Below are positions 1 through 11,342 of a stretch of DNA of 64,000 bases, one piece after another. The number at the start of each line of letters is the position of its first letter. Within the stretch, counting starts at the first letter, position 1. Location: contig NC_059455.1 in NCBI RefSeq assembly GCF_905237065.1, positions 34,224,034 to 34,288,033 on the forward strand. Direction: 5' to 3'. Below the pieces are notes generated by a model. It was not told the DNA's origin. It did not search any database and worked only from the letters and a program-made list of their open reading frames with translations. A program made the position numbers and the translations under genes. The stretch is from Salmo salar (taxonomy: Eukaryota).

Positions 1-257
1 TCGACGGGGATTTCGCTGAGGGAAAGTGGCTCGCGCGAGGGCTGAGGGGGGTAAAAATGTGTTTGGACTGCATCCCCTGCTCTACAGACACCATAGGGCT
101 CTTTAATGATCATATGACCACTCGTTCCTCCCCTCCGTTTGCTTTCGCGGAAGTAAAATCTGTCAATGTGGTAGCTAACAAAGCAGAGCATCTATTACTA
201 TTTATAGTTTTTTTTCCAGATTGAAAATCTGTAGAAACATAACACTAGTCAGATAAA

Positions 258-537
258 ATGTTATTCCAGGAGAATATGACAAGTTGTGTTACTTTTCAGA
301 CCAAATTAACCTCCGTTATGGATGTGTTGGCCAAAACTGCGGTGGCAGAAATAAGTAAATTATTCGATGACGGGTTTGCTGTTTTACGCTTGGAAATGTG
401 CAGAAGAGAAAATGAAATAGAAGCCTTAAAAATCAAATTATTGTTTATGGAGAACGAACGGCAAACGACAAGGTCCAAAGCGCGAGAAGCAGGCTGTTCT
501 TCCACATGCTCTTCGTCTTCCAGCAGAACGGAGCAGG
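258..537 (+). CDS. C2H2 zinc-finger gene, exon 1 (N-terminal FiNZ-like domain, about 93 aa), ending at donor AGG|GTGAGC
   Basis: ORF 258..569 starts with ATG at 258. The motif '...TKLTSVMDVLAKTAVAEISKLFDDGFAVLRLEMCRRENEIEALKIKL...' resembles the N-terminal domain of fish FiNZ zinc-finger proteins. A strong GTGAGC donor at 538 leaves the exon in phase 1. Confidence 0.7.
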
Positions 538-599
538 GTGAGCCAGCTCGTGCTTGCTTACTGTACTAGCTAGCTAGACCTAGGCCTATCTGAAATGTG

Positions 600-1680
600 T
601 TGCTGTCCATCTCAACTCAAGGGTCAATTCTTAAAAAATATGCAGTATTAACAATGACAATTATTTCTCAATGCCTAACCAGTGTAGATAATGGGTTGCT
701 ATTGCAGTGCTCTCAATTTTGGTATTTTAACATCTGTAACATTAATCTCTATGCAGATAGTGATTTACTCCTGTGCCCCCTCAGTACAGCAGGTCATCCA
801 TGACCTTCAGCATGGTTTTGACTCAACTCAAAAATGGCCTACTTATCTTAAACTAGTGCTAAATGCTAATAAAACCAAGTTTGTTGTTCTGTCGGTCTCG
901 TAATGTTGACTCGTGAGGACCTGCATATTTGCACATTGACTGGAGCCCAAATTGAGCAAGTTCCCCATTCTAAGTACTTAGGTATTTGGATTGACGATAC
1001 TCTTAAAACACTGAAAACTGACAAAAGCTGAGAATTAAGATAGGATTTATTTCTATAAAAGAAACCAGTCTCACTTTGGAAAGTAGAAGGAAGATTGTTC
1101 AAGTAACGCTTCTCCCAGTACTTGATTATGGTGATATAATCTACATGCATGCAGCAGCCTGTTTTAAAACCTTTTAGATTCAGTCTCACTCTGCACTATG
1201 ATCATTTTCGTACACAACACTGCATTTTAAATAGTTCTGTTGGCTGGGAGTCTGATTACCAGAAGAGCCCAGCATTGGCTACTTTTTGTATATAAAGCGG
1301 TTCTTCAGAGACTCCCCAACTACCTCAGCTCATGTATTAAGTGGAGATACAGCAATTTTCAGACCTGCTCTCTGGACTGGCTAGTTCTGGAGGTCCCGCA
1401 GGTCTACATTGACCTGGGGGGGAAAATGCTTTGTTTTTATGCCCCCAGCTCATGGAATAGCCTTCAGGCCACATTGAAATTGGACTCACTGGTCTCCATT
1501 GGACAGTTTACATAGTTTAAGGGAGGTGATATGTGAGAGTGGTTTGTATTGATTCATATTGTATTGGTATTATTCTTAAATGTATGTTCTTGTTCACAGG
1601 GCACCCTTAATTAGACCCTGGTCTCAATGGTGACCCACCCTGTATAGATAAAAGTAAAATATAATTTTTATTAAAAAAAA
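600..1680 (+). mobile_element. Old, degraded 3' portion of an RSg-1/L2-like LINE (RT C-terminal region) within the zinc-finger gene intron, ending in an A-rich tail
   Basis: Frame-shifted translations match the C-terminal part of the intact LINE copies at 41627-42700 and 51403-52032 ('YADDT', 'NANKTKFVVL', 'LPNYLSSCIK', 'WNSLQATLKLDSLVS'). Poly-A runs at 1668-1685. Confidence 0.55.
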
Positions 1681-1724
1681 AAAATAATGACATACTGACA
1701 GTTCCTTTAAACCTTCCCTTTCAG

Positions 1725-2650
1725 GGTCCAAAGGGTGTGATGAGGATGCTGGTGAAAGGACTTCATTTGAGCAGAACGCCAGAGAGAAAGACGACCAACT
1801 GGATCGAAATAGACCACAGCCACCTGCAGAAGAAGTAGAGGGATTTGAACAGTACAGGTCTGGCCACAGAGAGAAGGGTAGTGGACTAGAGTTAGTGAAG
1901 ACTGAGCAGGAAGAGTATGATGTTATTTCACTACATACATCAGGAAGTGAACATGACACAGAGAAATCAGATCATGAGGAAACTGAGTTTGCTGTGGATG
2001 AGAGAGAGAGTCAGATCTGGGCGTCTTTAACAGAGCGCAACTGTGACTCGGAGGGTCCAGATTGCACTTATGGTACAGAACAATATCCACTGGATCAAGA
2101 TACAGACATACAGCTCATTCAAAGTGCAGTGGAGGGTCTCAATAGCGGTCCATCATCAGAGATGGGTGACATTAACAGAGTTATGAAAGAGATGCGAGCA
2201 CAGTCTGTTTGGAATGACAGAAGAAGTACCCCTACAGATTTGGCTCAGGCACAGCCAGGACAGCACAGAGAAACCATGCACCCAGAGAGAAGGCAGGATG
2301 GGACAACTACCAGAGTGCCGTCAGACAAACAAACGCTAGCCAATGAGGGTGCAGGATATTCCAATGTTTGGCTAAACAACGTATTCTCACTTGCCCCAAA
2401 TTGTTCAAATGGTTTCAACTCAGCAAAGGTATCCCCAAGGAGAACCCCAGCAAGAGAGAAGTGGTTTGTTTGCTCCTTTTGTGGAAAGAGCTTTGACCGG
2501 GTTGGTCACCTGGAGATGCATCAGCGGATTCATACGGGAGAGAAACCGTACAGCTGTGTGATGTGCGGAAGGTGTTTCGCTCAGCAGAGTAATCTCCGCA
2601 GACACCAGCGAGTACACAGGGGCCTCACAACAAAGCAAACTGTCTACTGA
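1725..2650 (+). CDS. C2H2 zinc-finger gene, exon 2 (acidic/serine-rich linker plus two C-terminal C2H2 fingers), stop at 2648-2650
   Basis: Acceptor 'ccttccctttcag|GG' at 1722-1724. The frame is open from 1725 and continuous with the exon 1 phase (G|GG = Gly). It ends '[51 protein letters not shown]' with the HTGEKPY finger linker. Confidence 0.75.
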
Positions 2651-2990
2651 GCGTTATCACCATGACGAGACAACTAAGAACGTTGTGGAACAACATTTTC
2701 TAATGACTGAGAACAGAGTTGTTAAGACCATTAAGACACTCTTGCAGAAAGCAGCAGTGTGTTACTTTTGTCTTCTATAAAGTGAGAGCAGTGAGACCCT
2801 ACCACAACTGTTGCACTAGTGGTGCTTATATACTGTAGTGAGGGATCAGAGTTGCTGGTTTACAGCTTCCTGCTTGTAACCTTTTAAGGAACGCTTAAGA
2901 GGAGGATCTCCATCATCTTTAGGTTTTTGTAGAGCTATGCCAGACTAACACTACAATGGACATGCTTTTGTCAATGCATACATTTTTATG

Positions 2991-2996
2991 AATAAA
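2991..2996 (+). promoter_or_regulatory. Candidate polyadenylation signal AATAAA for the zinc-finger gene
   Basis: AATAAA lies about 340 bp downstream of the stop codon. No other gene is on this strand nearby. Confidence 0.3.
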
Positions 2997-3371
2997 AATT
3001 TGAATTATCCAACTTTGAGCCCTTTCGATTTGTTGTTGAAATGAACATGAAAATAACTAACTCACAAGGTCAGGATATATTTGGATATCAGAACTATAAG
3101 GTTAGCTAAAATGATAGCACAATCACAACTGATGAGTGCTTACACAAGACTGGGTTTATAGTTGATACAAAGTGATGGTGCAATCTTGTCCAATCTCTAC
3201 TTAGACTAGTACATTTTGTTTACATAGGACATACAAGAAGACAATGCTGATAAAAAAAGACAAATGGCAATGAACGTGAGCATGAAGTTGCCAAACCCAA
3301 ATTTCTGTATAATGACCACTAGGTTAGGGTGGAGCTGAGGGCAGTTCCCTTTTCAGCCAAGCCTCCCATGT

Positions 3372-3671
3372 CTAGATGATCTGTCCTCTGGGGTGTAGGA
3401 GGATGGCGTTGGAGTGTGGTTTGGGCCGCAGGAACCCGTTGCTGTAGTGGAAGTGGTTGGAGAGCGCCTCTGAGATCTGGTAAGAACTGGTGTCACAGTC
3501 TGCCTCATCAACCTCCAGCACAGCCCGGCTGTGGCCCCAGTCTTCCCCTTTGGTCACCCCCTCCCTCTGGCCACACAGGTCACTGAGCATTGGAGGGATG
3601 TCTGTGGGCCCCACACTGCCATCCTGGTCCTGGGGCTTGATGGGGACAAGGGAGGAAGGAAGGCCAGAGTC
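3372..3671 (-). CDS. nectin4: nectin-4-like gene, last coding exon (cytoplasmic tail, 99 aa plus stop)
   Basis: ORF 3372..3698(-). Acceptor 'caattttgcag|GACTCTGG'. The C-terminus '...EALSNHFHYSNGFLRPKPHSNAILLHPRGQII*' parallels the mammalian nectin-4 tail '...[31 protein letters not shown]'. Confidence 0.7.
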   Translation of the reverse strand, partial: DSGLPSSLVPIKPQDQDGSVGPTDIPPMLSDLCGQREGVTKGEDWGHSRAVLEVDEADCDTSSYQISEALSNHFHYSNGFLRPKPHSNAILLHPRGQII

Positions 3672-3833
3672 CTGCAAAATTGAGACCACATATTGCAAGG
3701 CATTGAGAAAAACAGATAGGCCTGTGAGTTATTACAGAATAAACAATGTGCATTTAAACTTTTACGTATACTCTTCCTTGATCAGACAAATACACACCAG
3801 GGACATATTGCTTCTCTTCAGGTACGACTCCAC

Positions 3834-4010
3834 CCTTCGTCTGCGCTCTTCCCTCTCGCCCTCCATCTCAGCGCCCCTCATACTCTCTCTGCCCTCATGC
3901 CAGCTAGACTGGTACAGGACAGGGCGGCCTAGGTAGTCCACATCCCCCTGTCCAACAGTCCCACGCCTCCCAACCAGGGATGATTCACTGCCTATGTAGA
4001 TGGGACGGTC
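3834..4010 (-). CDS. nectin4: nectin-4-like gene, cytoplasmic exon (59 codons, DRPIYIGSESSLVGRRGTVGQGDVDYLGRPVLYQSSWHEGRESMRGAEMEGEREERRRR). The 3' boundary is tentative.
   Basis: Acceptor 'cctgttag|GAC' is in phase with the preceding exon. The frame is open, acidic and arginine-rich like the nectin-4 cytoplasmic region. The donor was chosen as AGG|GTGGAG to keep phase 0 into the last exon, but alternative donors exist. Confidence 0.45.
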
Positions 4011-4317
4011 CTAACAGGAGGGATCCAAATAATGCCATATATTAAACGTCAATGAAAAAAAATCTTTGATAGTGGACATAATGTTGTAGATGTATAATAT
4101 TGCTTAAAAGTATTTTATGGAACTCACCTCAAGGGACATTAGGCTGTTTTTCATTCTACTGTCTAGTCTAAGTAGTGTACAGTCTTCATTCTGGGGTGAA
4201 AAGTAGAGAGAATTATTTGGGGTATCACAGTCATTCACAAATAGATACTAACTGTTCATGATAGTTTATCATCTATTTTGCTCAAATTTCCAGTTGAGTA
4301 TGTAAAGTACTGAGTAC

Positions 4318-4393
4318 CTGTCCTCTGGGGTCTGTGCTGACAGAGTTGAGTCTCTGAGAGGAGTCCTGTCTGGAGAGTGTGTTGATTTTTAAA
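4318..4393 (-). CDS. nectin4: nectin-4-like gene, cytoplasmic exon (TLKINTLSRQDSSQRLNSVSTDPRGQ)
   Basis: ORF 4282..4626(-) fragment. Acceptor 'tctttcacag|T', donor 'CAG|gtactc'. 'TDPRGQ' matches nectin-4 'HTDPRSQ'. Confidence 0.6.
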
Positions 4394-4429
4394 CTGTGAA
4401 AGACAGAGAATGTCAAACTGAAGGGGATT

Positions 4430-4600
4430 TGAGGATAGGGGTTAAGAGCATTGGGCAAGTAACCAAAAGGTTGCTGGTCTGAATCCCAGAGCCGACTAGG
4501 TGAACAATTGCAGATGTGCCCTTGTGCAAGGCACTTAACCCTAATTGCTGCTGTAAGTCGCTCTGGATAACAGAATCTGCTAAATGACTCAAATGGAAAG
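4430..4600 (+). mobile_element. Salmonid tRNA-derived SINE (HpaI/SmaI-type) in a nectin-4 intron
   Basis: tRNA-like head 'gggttaagagcattgggcaagtaaccaaaaggttgctggtctgaatccc' and body '...gtgcccttgtgcaaggcacttaaccctaattgctgctgtaagtcgctctggataacagaatctgctaaatgac'. Confidence 0.7.
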
Positions 4601-4631
4601 GGGGAGCAAAGTATTGTGGAAATCAACTCAC

Positions 4632-4797
4632 GTTCTTTCGCTAAGCTCCATCTCTAATTTTCTGTTTTTGCGCCTGTGGTATCGGTTGACTAAGATGATG
4701 ATGATGATCATGACGATGACCAAAACCCCAGCAGCCACAACTATAATGATCATCACTAGAGTGTCAACAGTGGTTTCCTGCACACTGCGAATTCTCT
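4632..4797 (-). CDS. nectin4: nectin-4-like gene, transmembrane exon (TLVMIIIVVAAGVLVIVMIIIIIL followed by stop-transfer NRYHRRKNRK)
   Basis: ORF 4628..4834(-). Acceptor 'cacatag|AG', donor 'AGAAC|gtgagt'. A hydrophobic 24-residue helix is followed by a basic cluster. 'RYHRRK' is shared with mammalian nectin-4 (SRYHRRK). Confidence 0.8.
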
Positions 4798-5010
4798 CTA
4801 TGTGAGGGAAGGGAACATACACAATTGTAAACAAATGACCAACTACAGTGATCTAGTTAAGTTGCGGATTTTCTATTTGAGCAAAGTTGGTATTTCAGAT
4901 CATCACAAGGGGGCAGCAATGTTGCACAAATGGTACCAAACACATCAGGAGATAAGTTCTATTATGCTGTCCAGGTTCTCCCAAAATACAGGAGTAACTT
5001 TGCCCATTAC

Positions 5011-5162
5011 CTGTCACTGTGATGTTCGATTCTACTTTCCTTGTCCCAATGCCGTTGTTCACCACACATTCATAAACTCCAGTGTCATTCTGTCTCAGGG
5101 CTCGGCCAAACAGAAGCCTTGCTCCATTCACAGTAAGACCGTCTGGCAGGGCCTTACCACCC
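5011..5162 (-). CDS. nectin4: nectin-4-like gene, second half of the membrane-proximal Ig C2 domain (…GVYECVVNNGIGTRKVESNITVT)
   Basis: ORF 4895..5233(-). Acceptor 'ctgcag|GGG', donor 'ACAG|gtaatg'. Contains the Ig Y-x-C motif. Confidence 0.8.
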
Positions 5163-5235
5163 CTGCAGATGGAGACAAACACATACAGGAAATTAAAGAA
5201 GAATGTCCATATTAATACTGAGCTACTCAACAATG

Positions 5236-5890
5236 TAATCGTAACCTACTTAACATGCACTACATGACCAAAAGTATGTGGAAACCTGCTCATCAAACAT
5301 CTCATTCCAAAATCCTGGGCATTAATATGGAGTTGGTCCTCCCTTTGCTGCTATAAGAGCCTCCACTCTTCTGGGAAGGCTTCCCACTAGATGTTGCGGG
5401 GACATACTTCAATTCAGCCATGAGCATTAGTGAGGTCGGGCACTGATGTTGGGCGATTTGGCCTGGCTCGCAGTAGGCGTTCCAATTCATCCCAAAGGTG
5501 TTTGATGGGGCTGAGGTCAGGGCTCTGTGCAGGCCAGTCAAGGACAGACAATTTTTTAAGTGCTATATGCTTCGGCACTCTGTGGACCCGTTCTGTGAGC
5601 GTGTGTGACCTACCACTTCCCGGCTGAGCCGTTGTTGCTCCTAGACCTTTCCACTTCACAAAAACAGTATTTACAGCAGCTCTAGCAGGGAATACATTTT
5701 ACAAATTGGCTTGTTGGGAAGGTGGCATCCTATGATGGTGCCATGTTGAAAGTCACTGAGCTCTTCAGTAAGGCCATTCTACTGCCAGTGTTTGTCTATG
5801 GAGATTGCATGGCGGTGTGCTCGATTTTATACACCTTTCAGCAACGGGTGTGGCTGAAATAGCTGAATCCACTAATTTGTGTGTGATATA
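5236..5890 (-). mobile_element. Internally deleted Tc1-like DNA transposon (transposase remnant on - strand) in the nectin-4 intron
   Basis: Terminal 'tacatgaccaaaagtatgtggaaacctgctcatcaaacatctcattccaaaatc...'. ORFs 5414..5659(-) and 5302..5541(-) encode the Tc1 transposase C-terminus ('DWPAQSPDLSPIKHLWDELER'). Confidence 0.75.
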
Positions 5891-5909
5891 GATACACACA
5901 CACACACAC

Positions 5910-7496
5910 AGTTGAAGTCGGAAGTTTACATACACTTAGGTTGGAATCATTAAAACTCGTTTTTCAACCACTCCACAAATTTCTTGTTAACAAACTATAG
6001 TTTTGGCAAGTCGGTTAGGACATCTACTTTGTGCATGACACAAGTAATTTTTCCAACAACTGTTTACAGACAGATTATTTCACTTATAATTCACTGTATC
6101 ACAATTCTAGCGGGTCAGAAGTTTACATACACTAAGTTGACTGTGCCTTTAAACAGCTTGGAAAATTCCAGAAAATTATGTCATGGCTTTAGAAGCTTCT
6201 GATAGGCTAATTGACATCATTTGAGTCAATTGGAGGTGTACCTGTGGATCTTTTTCAAGGCCTACCTTCAAACTCAGTGCTTATTTGCTTGACATCAAGG
6301 AAAATCAAAAGAAATCAGCCAAGACCTCAGAAAATAAAATGTAGACCTCCACAAGTCTGGTTCATCCTTGGGAGCAATTTCCAAATGCCTGAAGGTACCA
6401 CGTTCATCTGTACAAACAATAGTACGCAAGTTTAAACACCATGGGACTACGCAGCCATCATACCGCTCAGGAAGGAGACACGTTTTGTCTCCAAGAGATG
6501 AACGTACTTTGGTGCGAAAAGTGCAAATCAATCCCAGAACAACAGCAAAGGACCTTGTGAAGATGCTGGAGGAAACAGGTACAAAAGTATCTATATCCAC
6601 AGTAAAACGAGTCCTATATCAACATAACCTGAAAGGCCGCTCAGCAAGGAAGAAGCCACTGCTCCAAAACCGCCATAAAAAAGCCAGACTACGGTTTGCA
6701 ACCTCTGGTCTGATGAAACAAAAATAAAACTGTTTGGTCATAATGACCATTGTTATGTTTGGAGGAAAAGGGGGATGCTTGCAAGCCGAAGAACACCATC
6801 CCAACCGTGATGCATGGAGTGGCAGCATCATGTTGCGGGGGTGCTTCGCTGCAGGTGGGACTGGTGCACTTCACAAAATAGCATCATGAGGCAGGAAAAT
6901 TATGTGGATATATTGAAGCAACATCTCAAGACATCAGTCAGGAAGTTAAAGCTTGGTCGCAAATGGGTCTTCTAAATGCACAATGACCACAAGCATACTT
7001 CCAAAGTTGTGGCAAAATGGCTTAAGGACAACAAAGTCAAGGTATTGGAGTGGCCATCACAAAGCCCTGACCTCAATCCCATAGAACATTTGTGGGCAGA
7101 ACTGAAAAGGCATGTGCGAGCAAGGAGGCCTACAAACCTGACTCAGTAACACCAGCTCTGTCAGGAGGAATGGGCCAAAATTCACCCACCTTATTGTGGG
7201 AAGCTTGTGGGAGGGTACCCGAAACATTTGACCCAAGTTAAACAATTAAAAGGCAATGCTACCAAATACTAACTGAGTGTATGTAAACTTCTGACCCACT
7301 GGGAATGTGATGAAAGAAATAACGATTTATTTAAGCTTTTATCTCTACTATTATTCTGACATTTCACATTCTTAAAATAAAGTGGTGATCCTAACTGACC
7401 TAGGACAGGGAATTTTACAAGGATTAAATGTCAGGAGTTTTGAAAACTGAGTTTAAATGTATTTGGCTAAGGTGTATGTAAACTTCCGACTTCAAC

Positions 7497-7497
<1 letters not shown>
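5910..7497 (+). mobile_element. Full-length Sleeping-Beauty-type Tc1 element (about 1.6 kb) with a degraded transposase, flanked by (CA)n and (TG)n
   Basis: Inverted repeats 'cagttgaagtcggaagtttacatacac' at 5910 and 'gtatgtaaacttccgacttcaactg' at 7470-7495. ORF 6368..6727(+) encodes the transposase N-terminus ('GAISKCLKVPRSSVQTIVRKFKHHGTTQPSYRSGRR...'). Downstream frames are broken by stops. Confidence 0.85.
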
Positions 7498-7528
<31 letters not shown>

Positions 7529-7537
7529 AATGTACTT

Positions 7538-8588
7538 ACAGTGCATTCGTAAAGTATTCAGACCCCTTCACTTTTTCCACATTTTGTTACGTTACAGCCT
7601 TACTCTAAAATGGATTAAAGTGTTTTGTTTTTATCTACACACAATTCCCCATAATGACAAGACAAAAAACTGAAATATCACATTTATGGAGGTCCTGAGC
7701 ACTCTGGATCAGGTTTTCATCAAGGATCTCTGTACTTTTCTCTGTTCATCTTTCCCTCGATCCTGGACTAGTCTCCCAGTCCTTGCCGCTGAAAAACGTT
7801 CCCACAGCATGATGCTGCCACCATTATGCTTCCCTGTAGGGATGGCATTGGCCAGGTGACGAGTGGTGCCTGGTTTCTTCCAGATGTGACGCCTGGCATT
7901 CACGCCAAAGAGTACAATCTTGGTTTCATCAGACCAGAGAATCTTGTTTCTCATGGTCTGATAGTCCTTTTGGCAAACTCCAAGTAGGCTGTCATGTGCA
8001 TTTTACTAAGGAGTGGCTTCCGTCTGGCCACTCTACCATAAAGGCCTGATTGGTGGACAACTGTAGAGATGGTTGTCCTTCTGAAATGTTCTCCCATCTC
8101 CACAAAGGAACTCTGGAGCTCTGTCAGAGTGACCATCAGGTTCTTGGTCACCTCCCCGACAAAGGCCCTTCTCCCCCGATTGCTCAGTTTGGCCGGGCAG
8201 CCAGCTCTAGGAAGAGTCTTGATGGTTCCAAACTTCATCCATTTAAGAATGACGGAGGCCACTGTATTCTTGGGGACCTTCAATGCTGCAGAAATGTTTT
8301 GGTACCCTTCCCCAGAGCTGTGCCGAGACACAATCCTGTCTTGGAGATCTACGGACAATTCCTTCGAACACATGGCTGAGTTTTTGCTCTGACATGCACC
8401 GTCAACTGTGGACCTTATTTAGACAGGTGTGTGCCTTTCCAAATCATGTCCAATCAATTGAATTTACCACAGGTGGACTCCAATCAAGTTGCAGAAACAG
8501 CTCAAGGATGATCAATGGAAACAGGATGCACCTGAGCTAAACATTTTTGAGTCTCATAGCAAAGGGTCTGCATACTTATGTAAAGAAT

Positions 8589-8667
<79 letters not shown>

Positions 8668-8822
8668 TTTGCTAACATTTAAAAAAAAAAAAAACGTTTT
8701 CATTATGGGGCATTGTGTGTAGATTAAGGGAAAAAAAGATTTAATCCATTTTAGAATAAGGCTGTAACGTAACAAAATGTGGAAAAAGTGAAGGCGTCTG
8801 AATACTTTCGGAATGCACTGTA
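7538..8822 (-). mobile_element. Tc1-like element of a second family, internally deleted (about 1.3 kb), transposase on - strand with a frameshift, containing a (TA)n microsatellite
   Basis: Termini 'tacagtgcattcgtaaagtattcagaccccttcactttttccacattttgttacgttacagcc' and its reverse complement at 8790-8822. ORFs 7951..8373(-) and 7709..7954(-) are transposase ('...WSDETKIVLFG...HGGSIMLWE...'). Confidence 0.85.
8591..8656. repeat. (TA)n microsatellite of about 33 units followed by (CA)4 and A14
   Basis: Direct reading of the sequence. Confidence 0.95.
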
Positions 8823-10068
8823 TGACTAATGGAATAGCAGACTCACTGCATGAAACAACGACTATGTTCATGAAGGCAGATGTATTGGGCAGTGTTGATC
8901 AATTCTCAATTCAAAAGTTCTAAGTCAATTTATGAAAAAAAATTAAAAGCCTTTTGTTCAGCTAGATATTACCAGAATATAAACCTCTGAAGGGAATGTC
9001 AGCTAAGCTACACAGAAGTAGCCTATAATTACAGCCAAACAATAGGTCAGTGTGCATTGGTGAGGTGTTTTAGCAAAATACATTTGTTACATCAGGTTTA
9101 CCACAAAAGGGAAACCAGCAATTTGCATTTATCTGTAAAACCAGTTTAATTACTGCTCCTATTGATCTGAATAGACAAATGCCGCTTGGCTTGGTATGAG
9201 CCAACTACTATATGAAGGAAGACTAAGAGGCCCCTGAATAAGCTCAGACGTCCCAGGAAGTATAATAGAGAGGCAGTTTCTGATCCCACCAGGAACTAGG
9301 TCCACTGAGAGGGCTCAAGTTGCCCAAGTTTCACTGTGCCAGCCAGGCTGCCATTTTACTGTTCACCCCAACAAGGGGCTTCTCACATTTCTCTTCTTAC
9401 TCACTCAGCCCCACCTTATTACCAATCCTTTATAATGGAATCAAAGCCAGAGATTACATCTGACACTGAATACATGTTTGACAATAATTATACTGACAGG
9501 GTTTATTTTCATTCAAATGCATTAAGGTTTTAGAAACATGCCATAAATGTGATACTCTATATACAGTACATTTAGAGCAATTTTGGAAAAGTATCTCTCC
9601 TTCAATTATTTTTAACTACTGCGGAAACTGACACACGATTTGTTAGCATGTTGCAATAGTGAGTATTTAATTGTGTGTTCTGTCATTATTGTAATGCTCA
9701 GAGAAGAATCTTTAATTACGCGCAGACCCTGTGTTTTACAGTGTATTAGAGTGATATTTAAAGCGAGGCACTATGATTAAGTGCTTAAGAGGCGTCTCCA
9801 GCGCTTCCTCCCTCCATGGCTCCCTCCCCTCCCTGGATCGCTCACTCGTGTGAAAATGTCTCCCTTTCAATCGGTTTTCTAATTCTGTAACTCGACAATG
9901 TATTTATTCCATATTGAATGGAACAAAGAGGAAGACACCCTCCTCTAGTTGACACTTTATCCTGCATGTGTGTGTGTTACTTTTGCAAATATTAGAATAG
10001 TAAATTTTTAGTGCAGAGTGTTACATTACGCAAATAATGACAGACAGAAATAGTCAGACAGGTAATAC

Positions 10069-10186
10069 CTGGTCCAGGTGAAGCTCTGTGGTTTGGGGTT
10101 TCCTCCAGTCTCACACTTGAGTTCAGCTCCCTTCAGTCCCATGTACCAGTTTCCATTATAGCCAGTGACAGCTGCATCTGGGGGAA
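10069..10186 (-). CDS. nectin4: nectin-4-like gene, first half of the membrane-proximal Ig C2 domain (PPDAAVTGYNGNWYMGLKGAELKCETGGNPKPQSFTWT)
   Basis: ORF 10026..10208(-). Acceptor 'ttgacag|TT', donor 'ACCAG|gtatta'. Matches the nectin pattern 'SGYDDNWYLGR..L.C'. Confidence 0.8.
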
Positions 10187-10273
10187 CTGTCAACATCAAC
10201 TTTGTCACTTTAATCCAAGCATGGCCATTTAACTATACTACCCCACCATAGTGACAGCTGAGGGTAAACTCAC

Positions 10274-10552
10274 ATTGCACCACCAGGCGGTTACTGATCC
10301 TCCGGGGTTGCTCCAGAGCAGGGTGCCAGACGAGGCAGTCCAGCCGCATGCCGTTCATACTCCTCAGGGGGTGCAGGGAGAAGTGGGTGGACACGGCCCC
10401 GCCCTCGGAGCTGCGGTTCTGCGTCTGACCAGGGAGATCCGTATCCCAGGTCAGTCGAGGTGGAGGACGGGCCACGGAGCGGCAGGAGGCAGCTATGCGG
10501 AAGGACTGGCCCTCCTCCAGAACCACCGGGTCCAGAGAAGAGATTGGTAGGG
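10274..10552 (-). CDS. nectin4: nectin-4-like gene, middle Ig C2 domain exon
   Basis: ORF 10233..10688(-). Acceptor 'cccccccag|CC', donor 'CAAT|gtgagt'. The sequence '...ASCRSVARPPPRLTWDTDLPGQ...RLDCLVWHPALEQPRRISNRLVVQ' gives a C...W...C spacing typical of an Ig C2 domain. Confidence 0.8.
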
Positions 10553-10797
10553 CTGGGGGGGAAGGGAGGTAGAGGGGCAGGGCCAGGCTATATGAGATTC
10601 CATGTTGTGCAGGTAAATCGAGTGCGTAAGTAAGGTTTTGGTCAGTCAGAACAGAGATTTCCTTCCGTGGTTGACTCCAACAAATCAAGTCAAATGTTGG
10701 GTTATTAACAGGAAATGACTATGATGAGTATAACAACGAAAATAGTCACATGGTTTACAACTATGATGAAGAGGATGGTGAAAGTAATTAGTCTTAC

Positions 10798-10965
10798 TCC
10801 ACACAGTGAGTGACAGCTGCCTCTCAAAGTTCCCATAGGGGAATGTGCTGATGTGACAGGTGTATTTCCCCTCATAAGACTCCTCCGTGTTCATGATGAG
10901 CAGGGCAGAGTCCACTGTGGGGCTACTGCTCTCAAACCTCACTCTCCCAGAGTACCGCCCAAACT
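10798..10965 (-). CDS. nectin4: nectin-4-like gene, V-domain exon 2 (EFGRYSGRVRFESSSPTVDSALLIMNTEESYEGKYTCHISTFPYGNFERQLSLTVW)
   Basis: ORF 10685..10942(-). Acceptor 'tctgtcag|AG', donor 'TGGA|gtaaga'. Contains the nectin/PVR-family T(F/Y)P motif (compare nectin-1 'YICEFATFPTGNRESQLNLTV'). Confidence 0.85.
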
Positions 10966-11144
10966 CTGACAGACATAAGACAGAGAGACAAACAGAGAGA
11001 CAAAGACTGATTTATTCCTGGTAAACATTACAATCATTGCAGACAAATGCAAGAAAACAACATTATGATTATAGTGATTGAGTGACTAAGTGGTTAAGAT
11101 GGGGGTCTACTCTGTGTGAGTTGGTGAGGGCATAATGTACCAAC

Positions 11145-11342
11145 CTGTGTGTCCCTCTGTGAGGTGGGCAGTGATGATTTGTTCCTTGGTGCCATCAGGT
11201 AGCTCCTTGAACCAGCTGACCTGAACTACCTGCTCCTCCTCCTGAACTTGAAACTGACAGGGCAGCCGCGTCTCATCCTCCGTCAAGGAACACATGGAGA
11301 AGGACGGAGGAGGCTCCACAAACCCACCCCTCACACACACTG
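11145..11342 (-). CDS. nectin4: nectin-4-like gene, V-domain exon 1
   Basis: ORF 11107..11340(-). Acceptor 'ctcatacag|CA', donor 'ACACAG|gttggt'. '...LPCQFQVQEEEQVVQVSWFKELPDGTKEQIITAH...' carries the V(S/T)Q-type motif region. Confidence 0.75.
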
